This document shows, piece by piece, positions 59,996 to 64,000 of a DNA stretch of 64,000 bases (position 1 is its first letter; every line of letters begins with the position of its first letter). The stretch lies in NCBI GenBank assembly GCA_024642665.1, contig JAHEAR010000021.1:453-64452 (forward strand). Reading direction: 5' to 3'. The DNA is from Bacteroidota bacterium (lineage in GTDB: Bacteria > Bacteroidota > Bacteroidia > Chitinophagales > Saprospiraceae). Under the pieces are notes generated by a model. That model was not told the origin of the DNA and did no database searches. It saw only the letters and a list, made by a program, of their open reading frames with translations. Both the position numbers and the translations under genes were made by a program.

Positions 59996-61175
59996 TCGCT
60001 TGGAGCATATCAGCAATAATATCTTCCGCATCTTCAATACCCACAGACACGCGAATCAACCCATCGGATATGCCCACTTGTTTACGCACTTCCGGATTGA
60101 CTCTTAAATGCGAGGAGGATGCTGGATGCAAAACCATCGTGTCCACATCGCCTAAGGTTGGGGTAAGCGAACAAAATTGCATTCGGTTCATCGCTTTTAA
60201 GGAAGCATCGATTCCACCTTTTAGTTCGAAACTCATCATACCCCCAAAGGCACGCATTTGATTTTTCGCGATCCTGTGATCAGGATGAGATTCCAGTCCG
60301 GGGTAATTGACCTTTTGTACTTTGTCATGGGAGGCAAGTGCTGTCGCTAAAGCCATTGCATTTTGTGAATGTTTATTCATTCGAAGTGGTAGTGTCTTCA
60401 ACCCCTGATAAACTAACCAGGCTTCAAATGGACTGCAATTAGCACCGGTAAGCTTCATGGTGTTCCATATGCGTGTTTTAAACGAGTCAATATCTTTTCC
60501 TAAGACCACCCCTGAAATAGTAGTGCCATGTCCATTAAGGAACTTACTCGTGGAGTGTATGATAAAATCAGCCCCAAATAAAAATGGTTGTTGCAAGTAG
60601 GGAGTTGCAAACGTATTATCAATGGCCGACCAGACCATATGCTGTTTGGTGATGTTGCATAAAGCCTGAATATCTATACATGCCAGCGTAGGATTGGCCG
60701 GTGTTTCAAAGAATACGAGTTTAATGGCCTGGTCGTTTTGTAAAACTTTTTCGACCTCTTCGGAATTGCTTAGATCAGTGTAGACTAATTCAATTTTCCA
60801 GTGTTTACTCATTTGGTGCAGGAGTTCCGTACTTCCTCCATAGATGTTCGCTTGCGTGAGAATTTTATCACCGGAATTTAATAGTCCGGATATCAACACA
60901 TGTAGCGCGGACATGCCGGAACTAGTCATCACAGCGTGTGCCTCGATATTGCTGCCATGTGTTTCCATGGCAGCAATTTTCGCCGCAGTAGCTTCAACCG
61001 TAGGATTGCCATACCGACTATAGGTATGGCCCGGAATCTTGTTTGAAAAGATATCGATGCTCTGATCCATATCTTCAAAGTCGTACGAAGCTGTTGCATA
61101 TATTGGAAGGATATGGGGTGTTGTTGTTTTAGGATCCGGCCATTCTCTGGCAGAAAGTGAATCAAAACTTTTCAT
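59985..61175 (-). CDS. PLP-dependent Cys/Met-metabolism enzyme (cystathionine gamma-synthase / beta-lyase / methionine gamma-lyase family)
   Basis: 396 aa with motifs YSRYGNPT and HSTSKFLNGHG (PLP Lys). Confidence 0.88.
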   Translation of the reverse strand: MKSFDSLSAREWPDPKTTTPHILPIYATASYDFEDMDQSIDIFSNKIPGHTYSRYGNPTVEATAAKIAAMETHGSNIEAHAVMTSSGMSALHVLISGLLNSGDKILTQANIYGGSTELLHQMSKHWKIELVYTDLSNSEEVEKVLQNDQAIKLVFFETPANPTLACIDIQALCNITKQHMVWSAIDNTFATPYLQQPFLFGADFIIHSTSKFLNGHGTTISGVVLGKDIDSFKTRIWNTMKLTGANCSPFEAWLVYQGLKTLPLRMNKHSQNAMALATALASHDKVQKVNYPGLESHPDHRIAKNQMRAFGGMMSFELKGGIDASLKAMNRMQFCSLTPTLGDVDTMVLHPASSSHLRVNPEVRKQVGISDGLIRVSVGIEDAEDIIADMLQAIEA

Positions 61176-61304
61176 GAAGTTACCGTTTGAAATAGTTGAT
61201 ATGGATAAGTGATTACGGGTGAATTTTTTAATGAAATGACCGAGTGATTTATATTTGTAAATGTCGCTAGATTTATCGAATTACCTCTGAATGTATTAGG
61301 TGGA

Positions 61305-61341
61305 TAAAAAAAGCCCCAGGAAAATCTTCCTGAGGCTTTTT
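61305..61341 (-). terminator. hairpin terminator downstream of the 61381-63798 gene
   Basis: The stem agccccagg/cctgaggct has one mismatch and is flanked by an A7 run and a T5 run. Confidence 0.6.
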
Positions 61342-61380
61342 CTGATAGGGTAGCTGTATAGTGCTACTTATAAAGTCATT

Positions 61381-63798
61381 TTACTTTACAATAATCACCG
61401 GAACAGAACGCTGTCCATCAACAGTTTCAACCTGTAGCAGATAATTACCTGCCGCCATTTGGCTGACCGTGATTGGTTCTATATGGTTGGTGATGGTATT
61501 GTTTAGTGCATTGTAGTAAACTACTCTTCCCAGATTGTCAATCAATCGCAACTTCACATCGCTGTAAGGCTTTGAGAATTCTAATTTAACCTGAACTACA
61601 TCAGTAGCCGGGTTAGGGAATGCAGAGATTGTGTTGTCCAATGGAAGTGGATCCACTGTATTCGTAGTTCTTGTAACTACACGAACTAATGGAACGATAT
61701 CCTGACCGAAGAAAATACGACTGTCGTTGACATCAAGCTCTCTTACTTCATAGTCGATATTGGCAATGTTTCCATCAGGTGAGAATCCAAGTACCGCTGT
61801 GTAGACCAAATGATCAGTCAAGCCATAAGCTACTGCTGTATCAGAAGCAAGAACAACAGCACCGAAATCTCTGGCTTCACTGGCGAGCAAGAAAAACTGT
61901 GGATCAGAAGCTGTAGCAGCCTGATATTCAACAATGGCAATATAGCCAAAACCACCTTTCATTACGACATCATCACCAGGATTGTCAAAGTTTTCAAGTG
62001 TGCTTTCAAGAATAGCATTATCCCCTTCAGCACCACTAAATGTATAATCTGCAAAACCGATAAACTTACGTTCGTTACTTTGCGCAATCTGATCACCATT
62101 ATTGTCAGTCCACTGCAGAAGATAAATCTGAACAGTTTTATCAACCATGTCAGTTGGGTTATTCACACCCCATACAATTCTATCTACAACAGCATCAGCT
62201 TGGGGAAAGAAGTAATTACCAAAAGCATAAGAAAGTGGAGCACCGGCATCATAAATGCCATTAGCAACCGCTACTGATCTGGTGAATCCATCTTCCATTC
62301 CGAATGTATTTCCTCCAACAGTGTAGCTGGTTGAAATAACGTTGTCAGCTGGATCGAAATCTGTTTCATCCTGTGTTAATGTGAATACAGCTGTATAGTT
62401 ACCATCAACACCGGATGGCAATTCGATAAGGGTTGGGTTTAATCGGTTTTCAATAGTTGTATCCGGATCAATGGTGCCATAATCTAAATTTTCGTTATAG
62501 ACTTCTTCCATTGTATCTGAATTGTAAACGGTATGATTCAGTACAACATTTGTCTGAGGAGCGGCTCCAATATTTCTTACATCAGCCAGGGCACCAAATG
62601 GATATATCTGATCATTTGGAATGGTTCCCCATGGTGCTAAAGAATAAAAGTTTTCCTGAACTCTGATGTTGTTGGCTTCAGTTTCTACGATTTTTACGTC
62701 GTCAATACCCCATAGATAATAGTTGGCATTGTAGACGAAACGAATCTGGAGTAAGTCATGACCTGCAGCACCAGCCATAAAGAATCGCTGTATATCGGCA
62801 GGAAAAAATGCACTATTGATTACAAATTCAGTATTGACCTGAATATCGGTCCAGTCGGTCCAGTCATCAGCTCCATCTTTCGTACGGAAGGAGATGAAAT
62901 AAGTACTTTGATACTGGCGAAGTGCTTGTGTCCAGGTTAAACTAAGTCCTACTGCTGTCCATTCAGACGTATTGATTTCAGGTGAAATAAGGATATGTTG
63001 TGCAGTAGCTGGGCAAGGACCATTACCGGCATTGCCATCAATACCACCGTTATCACCATAATCACTATCAACACCAACGGATCCATCACAATAAGTAGCC
63101 GATTGAACACCATAAGTTGGTTGACTGTACAAACCCTGATTAATCAGGTTATCAGCACGGTAAGTCCATCCTGCATTTACATTAGAGTCAGCAACAGCAC
63201 ATGTACCTTCTGTGGTCCATCCGTTTATTTCAAGTCCTCCGGCAAAAGTTTCCCAGAAAAGAGGTGCTTCAGTAGAGGTGTCCTCAAAGACTCCACAACT
63301 TAATGTACCTTCTGTAGCAGGGGTGTTACCGGTAGACCATACACGGACAACATATTCGTTATCAGTAAGCAGGCATCCACTGGATAGGACAATTTTGTTG
63401 TCCTCAGGTTGATCAGAGGAGAAACATGCAATCGGTGTCTCACCTGCACCACAACTCGCATAAATAGCCATTCCAATAGCCGGAACATCCGTTGGCGTAA
63501 TGGCATTGTTAAAATAAATTCTAACAATTAATCCATTTGCAGGGAGTACTGATCCGGTGGTAAACTTAAACCAGATGTCATCGGTATACCATGATCCTGA
63601 ACAAACATTAGTAGGCACTGTAGATGCGGTAGCCCCGCGTGAATCACCAGCTACGGTTACTGCATTCATTTCGCTGTCTCCGATGGAGACTTCAAACGCA
63701 CCGGAACAATCATCGTTTAGCGGTTGCGCCCAGGCGGTGATACTCATTAAAATAAGTCCAATAAATAGACTTGAAAAACGTAAAGTTACTTTCATCAT
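61381..63798 (-). CDS. secreted protein with T9SS C-terminal sorting domain (function unknown)
   Basis: 805 aa with signal peptide ...ITAWAQ. The N-terminal module starts PLNDDCSGAF. The C-terminal ~80 aa are a typical T9SS CTD (AFPNPATDVVQV...LIDNLGRVV...AGNYLLQVETVDGQRSVPVIIVK). Confidence 0.85.
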   Translation of the reverse strand: MMKVTLRFSSLFIGLILMSITAWAQPLNDDCSGAFEVSIGDSEMNAVTVAGDSRGATASTVPTNVCSGSWYTDDIWFKFTTGSVLPANGLIVRIYFNNAITPTDVPAIGMAIYASCGAGETPIACFSSDQPEDNKIVLSSGCLLTDNEYVVRVWSTGNTPATEGTLSCGVFEDTSTEAPLFWETFAGGLEINGWTTEGTCAVADSNVNAGWTYRADNLINQGLYSQPTYGVQSATYCDGSVGVDSDYGDNGGIDGNAGNGPCPATAQHILISPEINTSEWTAVGLSLTWTQALRQYQSTYFISFRTKDGADDWTDWTDIQVNTEFVINSAFFPADIQRFFMAGAAGHDLLQIRFVYNANYYLWGIDDVKIVETEANNIRVQENFYSLAPWGTIPNDQIYPFGALADVRNIGAAPQTNVVLNHTVYNSDTMEEVYNENLDYGTIDPDTTIENRLNPTLIELPSGVDGNYTAVFTLTQDETDFDPADNVISTSYTVGGNTFGMEDGFTRSVAVANGIYDAGAPLSYAFGNYFFPQADAVVDRIVWGVNNPTDMVDKTVQIYLLQWTDNNGDQIAQSNERKFIGFADYTFSGAEGDNAILESTLENFDNPGDDVVMKGGFGYIAIVEYQAATASDPQFFLLASEARDFGAVVLASDTAVAYGLTDHLVYTAVLGFSPDGNIANIDYEVRELDVNDSRIFFGQDIVPLVRVVTRTTNTVDPLPLDNTISAFPNPATDVVQVKLEFSKPYSDVKLRLIDNLGRVVYYNALNNTITNHIEPITVSQMAAGNYLLQVETVDGQRSVPVIIVK

Positions 63799-64000
63799 TT
63801 TCAGAATTTAGTTTTAGTTAATAGCAATTCTTTTCAAGTAAAAAGGTGGTTGGAATTTCTTTATCCTTTATAGAGGGAGGAATATGTGGTAAAAATAGAA
63901 AAAATTGACATTAAAACACGATCGTAATTCATTTTTGTAGCCCGCGTGACAAATATTACGATATCCATTGATGTATGACCTTCACATCTACAGTGACAAC

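Noticed and set aside
59917-60261. Plus-strand 114-aa ORF beginning MPHAPCSMPHAPCPLLHAPC
   Set aside because: Its N-terminus is just the CCCCATG heptamer array read in frame, and the rest is antisense to a well-supported PLP enzyme gene. It is a translation artefact.
61176-61304. Possible SAM or other riboswitch in the leader of the Cys/Met PLP enzyme gene
   Set aside because: Reading the minus strand, I could not find the conserved SAM-I/SAM-II cores or a convincing multi-helix fold. An Infernal/Rfam scan would settle it.

Overview
This is a dense, mostly core 64-kb chromosomal window that looks like Bacteroidota. The supporting signs are two T9SS-type C-terminal sorting domains, the DUF1573/DUF1599/BT_3928/DUF420 families, no Shine-Dalgarno sequences, and alternative complex III genes. 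I call 59 protein genes and 2 tRNA-Arg genes, plus several hairpin/T-run terminators and several short-period intergenic repeat arrays.

The largest functional unit is one co-directional respiratory cluster at 5.9-22.7 kb. It holds alternative complex III (actABCDEF), an aa3-type cytochrome oxidase (subunits II, I, two III-like and IV), heme O synthase and putative assembly factors. The rest is housekeeping:
- nucleotide and cofactor genes: thyA, ung, guaA, coaE, rdgB, and UbiD/UbiX/UbiA-like quinone genes
- chaperone, secretion and translation-related genes: groES/groEL, secG, lptE-like, miaB, nusB
- a sigma-54 activator
- amino-acid and acyl-CoA metabolism: ilvE, rocD, other aminotransferases, and an acyl-CoA carboxylase beta subunit

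I found no rRNA, CRISPR array, transposase, integrase, phage gene or recognisable defence system. I cannot honestly name a complete new multi-gene system here.

The items most worth follow-up are:
1. A 1597-aa T9SS cargo protein built from 16 Cys-framed ~92-95-aa modules that I cannot assign to a named domain family. It includes three near-identical 285-bp tandem copies whose differences are mostly synonymous.
2. A cytochrome oxidase subunit II fused to an OmpA-like peptidoglycan-binding domain.
3. His-rich low-complexity segments on four different ACIII/oxidase subunits.
4. A family of 7-8-bp-period repeat arrays (CCCCATG, GTCNNNN, GTGATNNN, AATTACG) that fill the largest intergenic spacers, partly in inverted, MITE-like arrangements.

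All functional calls come from motif recognition by eye. No database search was run.
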